A DNA stretch of 63,794 bases, counting the filler, from Polymyxa betae A26-41 (Eukaryota; Protista; Endomyxa: Phytomyxea): assembly GCA_003693705.1 (NCBI GenBank). It is 5 parts of 5 records of this genome, joined end to end, with 100 filler letters (N's around TTAATTAATTAA, not from the genome) between each part and the next. Parts side by side here need not be neighbours in the genome. Positions count along the whole stretch, not along the records: positions 32,925 to 58,059 come from RBZT01000502.1; 4 more parts are not named here. The stretch is one strand, 5' to 3'. The translations under genes and the position numbers were made by a program. The notes under the pieces are model-generated. The model ran no database searches and was not told where the DNA came from. It saw nothing but the letters and a program-made list of their open reading frames with translations. Below are positions 39,560-50,302 of this stretch, piece by piece (within the stretch, counting starts at the first letter, position 1; each line of letters opens with the position of its first letter).

Positions 39560-41479
39560 CTACTTTTTACGCTTGCGCGTAGGAAGTGTAACCGCCCCAT
39601 TTGGAAAGTATCTTTTTTTCCTCGTGGGTTTCATCCTACTGTCCGGTACCGCTATTTGCATTCCCGTGGGCAGGGTAACTGTAGGTTGTGACGCGTCAAG
39701 GAAAAGATTTTGCGCGGATTCTTTTTCCATGACGTTGAGTACTTGCGTGCGAAATTCCTTATCAAGGAAATTTTTCCTTTGTTTGTTTAGGCTTCGCACT
39801 TGTGACATTAGGCTCCGATTTCTTACTAATGCTGCCTTTTTGGCTTCGGCGCCCAATTTTTTCTCCGTGTCTCCTCTTAGGATGGAGTTATTGGTTTTGT
39901 TTAGGTAATCTAGCGTGGTTTTTCCTTTGCTAGCGGTGAGTTTGATATTGTGGAATTCCAGCAACGGCTTAAAGTTGTTTTGGATAAAATTCCATCTTTC
40001 ATGGGCGTGCCTTGAGTTGGCCATTGAATAATGGACGGCATCGTCCTTACGTGTTTTCTCTAACAGCCAATTTCTGTCAGAGAATTGGTACCGGAATTTA
40101 GCACGAATTATTTTATTGGGATACCCTGCTCGTCTGAGCTTGGATTTAAATTCGTGCAAATGTTTGAGATATTCGACCTTGTTCTGGCATGCTCGAAGAA
40201 TACGTACGCATTCTCCGGTGATCCAGCTGGTCTTTGTCACCTCAGGTTTGTATGTGGAAAAGTGGACAAAGTCCCTGTTGTTGGTAGGCTTGATGTAAAG
40301 ATTTAAATCAAGCTTCCCCGTAGACTCGTATTTCGAGCCTTTGGAAATTTCCAAGTCAAGAAAATGTATCTTCGTACCCGCCTGCTCTATGTTAAAAGAG
40401 AGCGTTGGGGCACTTGCATCTAGCAGTCTTGCTAGTTTGGGCAATGTTTTCCCTTTGCGTGTTATTATGAAGGTGTCATCCCTATATCTACGATATAGTA
40501 GGATTTGGTCATCGTATGGCCAGTTGTGCAGGTCTTTTTGAATTTTTAATTCAATGCCTATTATGACAAGATCTGCAAAGACTCCTGAAAAGTTGCCGCC
40601 CATCGCAGCTCCTTGTGTTTGTTGATACCATTCGTCTTTGTAGACGAAGTAGTTGTTAGTTAGTACCCATTTAGCTAAGTCTAAGAGGTATTCTAACTGT
40701 TCGTTATCACAATAGTTATTGTTTAGACATATTTTACGGATCATATCCAATCCTTGGTCTATTGGGATGTTGGTGTACATCGCGGTAATATCCATTGTGC
40801 CCAGGAATACTTTATCGGATTTGATAAGTTTGTTTTCTAATTCCTGGATAAGTTCCAGTCTATCTGTGACTACCCATTTGTATTGTTTTACAATGGGCCA
40901 GAATGTTTTATGCAGCATTTTTGCCGCTTTGGTCGTATACCAGCTATGACTGGGTATGATTGGTCTAAGACCGATTGGCGCTTTGTGAATTTTTGGCATA
41001 ATGTAGATTTTTGGGAACACAATTGGTTCATTGTGTTGGTCATATAGACTCAGTGGATCTAGATTATGTTTTTGGCAAAGGTCGTACATTTCTTGTAGTA
41101 CGCTCCATCTAGGATCTTCGTCCTTTTTCAACTTGCGGTATGGTCCCGATTTAAGATGCTCCTTCATCTTTTCGTTGTACCATGACTCGTGCATTAGCGT
41201 GAGTCCCGCATTTTTGTCTGCCATGCGCGCGATGATATGTCTAGATTTCATAAAATCTTCCAGTCGTTTCATCGCGTTGTTATTTTTGCATTGTTTAATA
41301 ATGTCAAAAATTGATTCATCAATCTCGCATTTTTGTATGTCTTGTTCTATGAACCTTAGCCAGAGTTCCTCAACCGGGGTTCTGTTATAAGTTGCTAAAA
41401 ATTCAAAGAATTTTTTGAGTTCTACATATGCCTCTAAGGTGAACTTCTGACTCGAATCCCCGCTATTGTAGCGTATCAA
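39560..41479 (-). CDS. Penelope-like reverse transcriptase (5'-truncated, uninterrupted 639-aa frame)
   Basis: ADKNAG, IYIMPKIHK...LRPII, DITAMYTNIP, QTQGAAMG, RYRDDTF, IHFLDL, YIKPT...HFST, GECVRILRAC, GYP; no GIY-YIG after the thumb. Confidence 0.93.
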   Translation of the reverse strand: MIRYNSGDSSQKFTLEAYVELKKFFEFLATYNRTPVEELWLRFIEQDIQKCEIDESIFDIIKQCKNNNAMKRLEDFMKSRHIIARMADKNAGLTLMHESWYNEKMKEHLKSGPYRKLKKDEDPRWSVLQEMYDLCQKHNLDPLSLYDQHNEPIVFPKIYIMPKIHKAPIGLRPIIPSHSWYTTKAAKMLHKTFWPIVKQYKWVVTDRLELIQELENKLIKSDKVFLGTMDITAMYTNIPIDQGLDMIRKICLNNNYCDNEQLEYLLDLAKWVLTNNYFVYKDEWYQQTQGAAMGGNFSGVFADLVIIGIELKIQKDLHNWPYDDQILLYRRYRDDTFIITRKGKTLPKLARLLDASAPTLSFNIEQAGTKIHFLDLEISKGSKYESTGKLDLNLYIKPTNNRDFVHFSTYKPEVTKTSWITGECVRILRACQNKVEYLKHLHEFKSKLRRAGYPNKIIRAKFRYQFSDRNWLLEKTRKDDAVHYSMANSRHAHERWNFIQNNFKPLLEFHNIKLTASKGKTTLDYLNKTNNSILRGDTEKKLGAEAKKAALVRNRSLMSQVRSLNKQRKNFLDKEFRTQVLNVMEKESAQNLFLDASQPTVTLPTGMQIAVPDSRMKPTRKKRYFPNGAVTLPTRKRKK

Positions 41480-41489
41480 TCATCTCCAT

Positions 41490-41833
41490 GGACTTTCCAG
41501 ATCCACAAAGTGACGAAAATCAGTCGTTCGTTCGAACCGATGAAATTTATTTCACCAACAAAGAAACTCGTTCTGCCTCTGTTTAGTGATTTTCCCGAAT
41601 TTCTCAAATTGTTTGATTTTGATGTTGAGAAGATCACCGACTACACTTCTCTGTGTGATTTTCTGGTGAGATTTATTCATTCGCAATTGGAAATCTCAAA
41701 CTGAATCTGTAATTCAGAAAAAGCAGCCTTCAAAGGGCTCGATGATCAGCTCATATTGACCGAAACCTCGCAAATCTCAACTTCGAAGGCCACAAAACAC
41801 CGTTTGAAAATGGTGGCCAGTTTATGTCTAAAA
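41490..41833 (+). pseudogene. Partial copy C of the secreted Cys-domain family, internally deleted
   Basis: Nucleotide match to 37045-37470 (aaagtgacgaaaatc..., gagaagatcac, atattgaccgaaacctcg, tggtggccagtttatgtctaaaa). Confidence 0.8.
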
Positions 41834-42051
41834 TAACAAACTGCTTAGGCTAAGTATTCAATGAAACAGTGTGTATTTATAGTTCGGAATCAGGACCATC
41901 TCGGACTGCTGGACCCGATTCGTTCGGGCCAGCGGCAGCATTTCGAGTACGGCGGCGACATTTCCTCACGCAACTAGGCAGACAGCAGCAGAACGACACG
42001 GCAGCAATGGTGCCGATTACGATACCGAGACCTTTCACAATCCCAACAATG

Positions 42052-45000
42052 TTATACGATTACGTTTCCGGTAACAAAAGGGCACCTACGGGGACTCCGG
42101 CGGCTACGATTCAATTTCCTTCCCGCCTTATCCAGCGCATACTGATAGATAAAATTGCCCATCTTGACCTGCATGCGGGCCAGTACGGCGTCGAACCAAG
42201 GCGTCAGGGCCGGGTCGGTGTTATCGACCGAGTATTGATAGAGGAGATCGAAGGCGGACGGGCCGTCACCAACCTGCCGATGGAGTTCGGAGGCCGGAGT
42301 CCGGTCCAGGACGACATCGACGAGGTCGCGATGGGCGGCGTCCGACAGGCGGAGGCCGCGCAGACGCAGGACCGCCACCAGCAAGATCGAGTCGTCGATG
42401 ATCGTCTTGAAACAATCGTCGGAGAGCGCTTTCATGCATTTCGCAAGCAGGTCGAAAACACCGCTCGAGGGCCAGTACGGCATGGGCGGCGCTGCCGCAT
42501 CGATTTTCTCATAGACGCGCATGGCGATTTTGATCACGGTCAAGGAGGGGATAACCTCATGATGTGAGGAGTTGAGCTTGGGCGGACTCGGGTCACTATG
42601 AGCACAGTTTAGAGGAGAGGAATGCGCCGGCGGACCAGTACGAACACGTGCAGGAGACGAGCGAGAATCTGCGTGGGATTCACTAAGGCAACGAGCGGAC
42701 GCGGGCGGCCGCCGATCGCCGTTAATAGTAACGCAGCGACCACGTTGCGTTCGGGATCGGGTAACGTTTCCAGGTGTTTGTCATTCCTGTAACGGAGATC
42801 AGAATGCGCAGCACAAACGCGAAAAAAACCCCTTAAACCCTAAAACCCTAAACCGATTCGAACACAGCGTACCAGGCCTTAACAATGGCATCCTCCAATG
42901 AGATCAATGTGGGCGCTTGTAACCCCTCACGGACCTGATTGAACATCGTCTCTGACATTACAGTAGTCCAGGACGTGATACTTTTCACGGCAAGGGCCAG
43001 TACGTCGTCCAGGAAGTTCATGTCGATGCTGAAGAAAAAACGTTTGAGCCATGAAACCCGATGGTTCTAAACAAGATACTTTTCGTTGAAAATGAGCAAC
43101 GTTTGGCACAGGAGAGATTTGGCGCGCGAGAGTCGGTTAAAGTCCGCAGCGGACACCGCAAGGAGCATATCAAAGACAGGGCCGGGATTGGCCAGTAACG
43201 TCTCCCGTGGCAGATCGCACATGACCACGAACGCCAGATCGCCGACGGTGACGGCGGAACCCAGTGGGTAACGTGACGCCACCACTGGTAACAACAACTG
43301 CAGCCAGTATTTGCGGCCTTTATGTTCGGCATAATTGCCATACGCATGGTACGCAGCCAGGGTTCTCGCACCCAGCTCCGGCGTATACGGCACCTTCGGA
43401 TTTACATCCGCGCACATCCTACCACACAATAAAACTCCGAACTTTGTCAACACTGAAATGTAACGTTACATCTCCAATAGGTGATCCAGGGCCGGCGAGA
43501 TTCCATCGACCTCGGCGGAGCCAACAGCGAACACATTTGCGGCACGGACCGGGTCGGCTCCGATCAGGGCCAGTACGAGACGGCTGCAGAACGCCTCACG
43601 TGCGTGCTGTTGCTCTTCGGAAGGGCGTTGGTTGGCGGTCGCATAGCTGCGGTGGGTCAGCAACGGGGAAACGTGGCAAACCAGTACGATGTCGTTACAT
43701 TTCGTTACAGAACTGCCTGAACAGCTGTGACGAGCCCTCCCTGACAATCCACTGCACCAGCGGCTTCTCGACCAAGTCCGATTCGGAATCGACTGAGCGG
43801 ATTAGAAGATTGAACAAGTGGCGCTCGGGCATCGGCCTGCGGAGTGTCAGTCAGCGGAAACGTCAAGAAACGTAAACGCAGCAAAGTCAAGCAAGGAAAA
43901 CGTGGCAGCGAAAAGCGTGAGAAATGTAGCGTAACGCAAAACGAGGCAGCAAAAAGCGTCAGAAAACTCGAGAATGTAGCGTAACGTAAAACGTACTCGT
44001 TGTCCGAGGGAACGTAAAAGAGCAGGTCGTGGAGATCCGTATCCGACAGCAAATGCGTCATGTCCGAGCACCAAAGCATCAAGCGGACATGACGCTGCCA
44101 GAGATCGCGGTTGGCGAAGTCGCCGGACGCAAAGAACCACTCGGTGAAGAAGGGGTCCATGCCATCGCGAGCGATGTCGGCGGCGATCTCGTCGCGGAAG
44201 AATCGGGCCCAACGATACGGGCCCAGGCCGGATTGCGCCGATCGGCGAATCGCCCGCATCGTCGCCTCGGATAAATTTCGACTTAGGCAGACGTGATGGT
44301 AAAAGTCCACGGACCCCGGGTTCGGATTCCTATCACACGACAATGAGTACAGAAGAAGATTACAAAAAAATACTAAAAGAAAAAAAAGAAAAAAAGAAAA
44401 AATCTGGATTGTATAAGGGAGCAAAACACAGAATTTGGAGAGGATTCAAAAAACGTCAGGCGTCGAAAATGAGCAGAAAAGGAGGTAGAAAACGAAAAAA
44501 AAAATTGAAGAGAAATACTTGATGAGGCCCGGAAGGACCGCAGGCAGGGATTCCTCCGGAAGTCGGTTCAGAAGGGCTATTGTAGGATTACGGAGATCGC
44601 CGCTTGCAACAGGGCCCAGTTCGAGCATTCTCGCGATTGCCGCTGTGTTCGTAGTTACAAACTGTCCGGAGCATTCGTCCAGCAGACGCAGAGCGAAATC
44701 CACGAAATTTGCGGAGCGATGATTCACCAATCTAAACAATTGTTAACCCCGAAATCCACTTGTAACAAAGAGCATACAGGTGAAGTGCTGTAACGAGATC
44801 AAGCAGTTTCAGAACAGCGCTTCCTGGACGTTGCAACATAAAATCTTTGATGGAAGTGATGAATACATTGTAGCAATCTTCCGAAGGATCGCTGTTCAAG
44901 CTGCAAAAAGTACGGTTAGATTATGGATTGTCAAGCAATAGGCAGCGTTACATTTGCTGAAGCAAATAGGTGGCAAAGTCCGGAAGCTCGTCATCTGATA

Positions 45001-47031
45001 GTCCGAGTAACAAAACATGGGGAGACTTGTAAGCAGACGAACGCCAAGAAAATTGAACGAGGAAAGTCCGCACAAAACGGCGGCGGTGATTTAGATCAGG
45101 ACACGCCGTCCCGACCACAGCTTCGGACAGATTTCGGAAGGCCGTATTATGTAAAACATCATCCGAGTTGGAGCAAATCAGCTCAAGAACTCCGCCATAA
45201 TAACTGATGGACCCCGATAGATTCACTGGGGTGATCAACAGATCAGGATCGGAGTTTTCGACCATCCGCATCAGATCCGGACAGACCAAGTCCAAAAACT
45301 CCGTGGTACGGATCGAGCCCGGCAACTTGATGAGGGCATCAAGCAGCCGAATCAGCGGAACCTCTTCCTCATTGTTCAGATACGACGTCGCAAGCGCACA
45401 AGTCCGCGCTGCCAACACCATCAAAGTCTGTAGCTCGTGCGGGACGGGTTGCGCCTAAAACCAATCAAAATTCGATACACAACAGACACCGAAATGTTAC
45501 AACCCAAATCGTGGACGCGTCCGACGCGCAATGCAGGACAGCCTGTACGACCGTATCGGGAAAACCGTCGGGAACTTGAGTAAGGTTAATTGTTACGTTA
45601 CTGAGAGCGCGACCCACTAACGACCAGCTGATGTAACGTTTACTGGCGGCCCTACAGGACAGTCAGAATCGGAGAGAGAAAGACGAATGATGTAACGAAC
45701 AGGCTGGAGACGAAGGAGAACACCAAGTGCGGACGAGAGTCCGCGGACGAGGCCATGATCAGGTTCTCGAGGATCCATTCGTCCGGTTCTTCGGCGAAGT
45801 CGAGCGCACAGAGCAGTAACGTGGTCTGGTGCGATGCGGAGTCCGGAAATGTATTGCGGAGATAATCGCGAACGGATTGCGAGGAGAGCGGAGCCAATCG
45901 GCGGAGATCATCACCGATGACGGCGGAGCATTTTGCAATAATTTCGGAGGTGATGTCTGCATGAAGTTCAAGAAAGGAAAGACCGTGAAGGACTCCGAGA
46001 CGGATTTCCGGACTCCATTCATTAATTTCCTCGTAGAGCTGATCGCATATTCGGAGTCCGTCCGAAGATTCTTCCGTGAATGTCAAAAGCATTTCTAGAT
46101 AATCATGGACGGCAATTTCCCCGGAGTCCGGAATCGGACCTTCCAGGCACCGACGTGCGTAGTCGCATAGAGGCTGCAGCGCACGGACATTATCCACGGA
46201 CATCCAGATTAAATCGTCATCGATCCGTTGGAGTTCAGGGTTCGCGGTGATACGGACTCGATCTGGGAACAACTCCGTCTCGGCCTCTGTGAAAGGGACA
46301 AGATTCAAGTCCGCCTCGGATTCGCACGACGCTAACAGTAAATCCTGATTCAGCTCGAGCACGGACTTATTCGAGTTGACGTGTACGACCTCGTCCATCT
46401 CTCCGGACGGAAACACGCCGACGTACAAGTCCGTCAGAGCGCGAACAATAGACTTTTTGACCTCGTCGGATTCGCCACCACGATGATTGACAACAAAGCG
46501 GACGCGAGACGCCGTGCGGACTCCGTACGTGGCTCGTAAGAACCGCAATCCGGCCGAAATCGAACGCCGCGCCGAAAAAATGGACCTCAGGTAAACACCG
46601 GTCCTCATAAACGCCAGTGAATCAGCAGGGACAACGTAATACAGGCGGCGGACTGGAGCCTGTAACGTTTCCAGTCGGCGGACTGCAGCCTGTAACGGAA
46701 CCCGTTGCAGATCGCCGAAACACGGCATATTGACGGTGTAGAGCGCGATCCCATTCGGATGCTGAAGGTTATTGTAGACCTTGGGTCCGTTAACGGACCT
46801 TGGGAGCATTTGATGGTCGGGTACGACCTTGGCGGCCTTCATGACCTCCGATTTGAAACTGTTGGATTCGCCGAAGAAGACGACCGCGAACGGCTCCGGT
46901 TGGGGGAAGGCGACGGGCATGTCATTGGGGTCTGGGGCCGTGGGGTGATGGGGTCGCCCCTGTCCGTGATCCTGGGCTGATATCACGACCGTTAGAGCGA
47001 GCAGCGTCAGGCCGGGCAGCGACCAGATCAT
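42052..47031 (-). CDS. Large multi-exon secreted protein: signal peptide + degenerate P-loop GTPase-like domain + Leu-rich helical region
   Basis: MIWSLPGLTLLALTVVISA; VVFFGESNSFKS (G1-like), VNMPCFGD (G3-like), FVVNH (G4-like); co-oriented GC-rich exon ORFs 44948-45424, 44446-44739, 43705-44424, 43466-43747, 43067-43453, 42052-42543 separated by GT-AG introns; exact exon ends unverified. Confidence 0.7.
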
Positions 47032-48189
47032 GGTGTCTGTTATAATACTATTCGGAATATCGGAGATTTCTAGACCCCGTGGCGCTGATTAATTCGCCAG
47101 TTTTTGTCGATTTTCAATGAAATTGATCTCAGCTCTGCCAGGGACTGTGTAATCATACCTATAAATAGCGCTCAAGTAGCCCGGATTTGTCCAAATGTCG
47201 CCTGTATGCGTGTGAATAGAAAGCCCCCCCCCCCCGACAGCAGGGCTGTTATGACAGCGTCAGGGTCAGGGCGGGTACGACCGTTGATTGGCAGTCGATC
47301 CAGAAGCCAATCAACATCGAATCAGCGGCTACAATCATCATTAGTTTATTGACGAATAATGCAGAAACTTCCACGGAGAACAGCTTCCGCAATTCAGTAA
47401 CATAAAGGCTTACGTTTCTTGGTCTGAGTTTTCAAACAATGCGATTCTTCTTGGGCATTAATTTGGGCCGGAACCAGAATGATGGTATTGTCTCTCTCGG
47501 TCGTACTGGCCAGTTTTGGGGTCGAAAGAGCCCATGGCCCCAGGAGTTTTGGTCTTTCCAGGAATAGCGTTTGACGATTTCAGATTGGATCAGTCTGATT
47601 TGTGGATAGTGTTTCGGAGCCTCATCGCCAGCTGAACGGTTTTGTAGCACTTTTCTCAACGGGACATTTCTGTATTTAAGCTGTATTATGTGATCATGAG
47701 GATTCAATCAATGGATTTGGACGATGGTTTGAATGGTGGGCTTTCTGCATTCAATTGGAATTCGATTTTCTGAGAAAATTTGAATTGTTCACGATTTGAT
47801 TGACTCGATATTGAGTTCATCTGGGTTTTACTTTTCGTTATAAAATCCGATGATGAAGTCGATGAGCCAGATGTCAAGCTATACATTACGGCTGATCCGG
47901 ACCTATCTCTAACTCCAACATGGTATCTAACAAACGATGAATCGTTCGGAGATATTCCCGATGTGGGTTTAATCACACGAGTCGTTTCAACTAACATGGA
48001 ACGATTTGCCTTTACAAAATGGTTTTGAAGCAAATCTGCCCGAAAGAGGAAAAAAATTTTTCATTGAGAACCAAGGAGATAGAGAGCTCTGTTTGAATTT
48101 CGGAGACAGATGGAAGCAACAACTCTCTATAACGGTCCTGGCGGATGGGGGCTTCGAACGGGTTTTGGACCATTTCTAATTTTCTATAT

Positions 48190-48272
48190 GTAACATTGAC
48201 GGGCTTATATGGAGCTGTCGTTATAGAGGAGACCTGTATGATGCTGTATCGCCTCATTTTGTATAAAACAGC
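48190..48272. repeat. Dispersed repeat (Tc1/pogo-like end plus flank) also at ~56923-57025
   Basis: tgtaacatt.ac.ggctt.tatggagc.gtcgttataga...ggagacctgtatg...ctgtatc...ttttgtataa in both places. Confidence 0.7.
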
Positions 48273-48337
48273 AAAAGGCATTGCACTAAACTCAATTGAA
48301 CTCACATTATGTGATACGACAAAGGAATTTGCCAATT

Positions 48338-49367
48338 CGCAGTCCACGCAAATGTGTAGGGGGACATTCGTTCCTCAGTCAGATATATTTGTCGACATTG
48401 TGGCATTCGTATGGCTTCTCTAAAGTTTATCTTTTTGAAGTTATTTTTTTGTCCCAGTACCTAGTTCCTTAATTACGAGGATGAAACTTTCAACTTAATC
48501 ATCAATTCGATATCAATGTGCTGTATCCTTCAGCAAAATATAAAAGCGCTTTTTAATGTTACCAGGTATGACCAGATCTTGACCATTTCTCCCTCGAGTC
48601 TGGAGGCCGCACAGTCTCGTCAAGCTAGTGCAATCGACGACTGGGCCGAACGTGCCGACATTCACCCAGTTGAATCTGTGAGGGCAGAAGCCAAGTCGTA
48701 GAGGGTTTTTTCCACTTTCCAGTGGAATTGATCAAAAAGCTTAATACCAAACGTCATAAAGTTGCTTCCAAGCGCCATCGCATTCTCTAATTCCTTGTTC
48801 GTTTTTAGCAGAACAATGGCTTCAAACATTGCTTTGACACTATTCTAATGAATGGTCCCCATATACCTATATATACTATATATATCTGGCAAAGTCGAGA
48901 GCTGTATCTGCCCATAACTGATGGTTCAATTAACTGCTTTCTGTAATGTGAATACCTTGTGATGCATATTTTGATAAAAGTAACGATGTAGCTACCCAAT
49001 CGGCCAGCAAACCACGCTAGACGTCAAATGACACTAACGACAATGCCAGCAACGACGATAATAGCGTCATCGACCTTAAAATATCCAACGACGACAGCGT
49101 CGGCAATCAGCCGCTCAACGAAGTTATCGCCTCCGTTAGAGCGCATCTGGATTTGGCGCTGATGCCCAGATTGGCGATAGCAGAATCTATGCACGGCACT
49201 AAACTAAAAATACTTTTGTAATTGTTGAATAAAGAAGCAGAGTCGAGGCCACCCCGACTTACCCGACCCAGAGAAAGGAGACGAGTCGGGAGGCCACGCA
49301 GTAGGCGTCATCGCTCGCTCAATTTAGACTCTGACGAGTGTTCCCCTACACATTTGCGTGGACAGCG
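48338..49367. mobile_element. Putative non-autonomous TIR element (~1 kb)
   Basis: About 33-bp imperfect inverted repeat cgcagtccacgcaaatgtgtagggga / tcccctacacatttgcgtggacagcg; no clear TSD. Confidence 0.5.
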
Positions 49368-49771
49368 CAGCCTTTTTCCACACTTGGGGAAAAGACACCA
49401 CCGCCCAGTACGCCTCTGCCAGCCCGCCACTGTAGCGCAGCCATCTCCAACATTCAAAACGGTCCTGTTTTAGACAAAAAAAGATAGAAAAAAACAAAGT
49501 AAAAAAGTAATAAAATATTATACAAATAACATTACACGAAAACATATATGAGTGCCAGGATAACACGCGTTTACTGTACAACATTCTCACCATGTTCTGA
49601 TTCGTTCGGTTTGCTCAGTCCATCAAACCCTAAAACCCTAAATTCACAACCACTTGTAAAAAAAAACCCGAATCATGGCCAAAGTCTCATCCACTGCTAC
49701 GTAATCACCGCAGATTGTGTGCCGCCACGGACTACGCCTGCTGCATGTTCTATTCTCTGTCTCTCGCAATC

Positions 49772-50302
49772 ATGTCGCTCTCTCTGTCCATTCTCCTCCT
49801 TCATATCACCGTCTGCTGGGCGGCCCAATCCATGCGGGATGACACCACGGACCTGCCCGTGGACGTACTGGCCCGCATCGTATACTGGACCGGGGACCGG
49901 GCGGCCATGGCCGACCTATGCCTTCACTCGCGCGGCCTCCAACCATGGTTTCTGGACCCGCTCTCGGCCCAGAAGGTCCTGTTTAATCCGCAGGCGGGCC
50001 CCGAGGACCTGTACGCCGTCCTGAAGCGGGCCGCGTCCCGTGCCGCTTTCAACCCGTTCATGCGGACCGAGCTGACCCGGATCGTGTACGACCATACGCG
50101 CGCTCGCCGTCTCATTGATGATGTTCTGCGCCTTGAAGATGATGATCAAGCCATAGAGGTGTTTGAAATTCTTATTAACGTGTTTGAGCTCGGAGTTGTG
50201 GCGGATTTAGCGTTCTCCGTGGCGGCATTCTGTGAAGACCGTGACGATCTCAAGTGGGACTTGTCGCTGATGGCTCCGCTCTTCGGTCTGACACGTCCAT
50301 GA
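49772..50302 (+). CDS. Secreted F-box-like protein 1
   Basis: Signal peptide MSLSLSILLLHITVCWA then DLPVDVLARIVYWTGDRAAMADLCLHSRGL (F-box-like LP..L..I.....L...SR). Confidence 0.65.
   Translation: MSLSLSILLLHITVCWAAQSMRDDTTDLPVDVLARIVYWTGDRAAMADLCLHSRGLQPWFLDPLSAQKVLFNPQAGPEDLYAVLKRAASRAAFNPFMRTELTRIVYDHTRARRLIDDVLRLEDDDQAIEVFEILINVFELGVVADLAFSVAAFCEDRDDLKWDLSLMAPLFGLTRP

Larger units (their letters stand above)
38115..41480 (-). mobile_element. Penelope-like retroelement lacking a GIY-YIG endonuclease, permuted order: RT/C-terminus, hammerhead, UTR, N-terminal ORF
   Basis: RT ORF 39560-41479, hammerhead core at 39503-39545, and downstream ORF pair 38933-38115 carrying the PLE N-terminal motif. 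Confidence 0.85.

Noticed and set aside
41869-42567. 232-aa plus-strand ORF
   Set aside because: Antisense to a GC-rich exon of the minus-strand secreted gene
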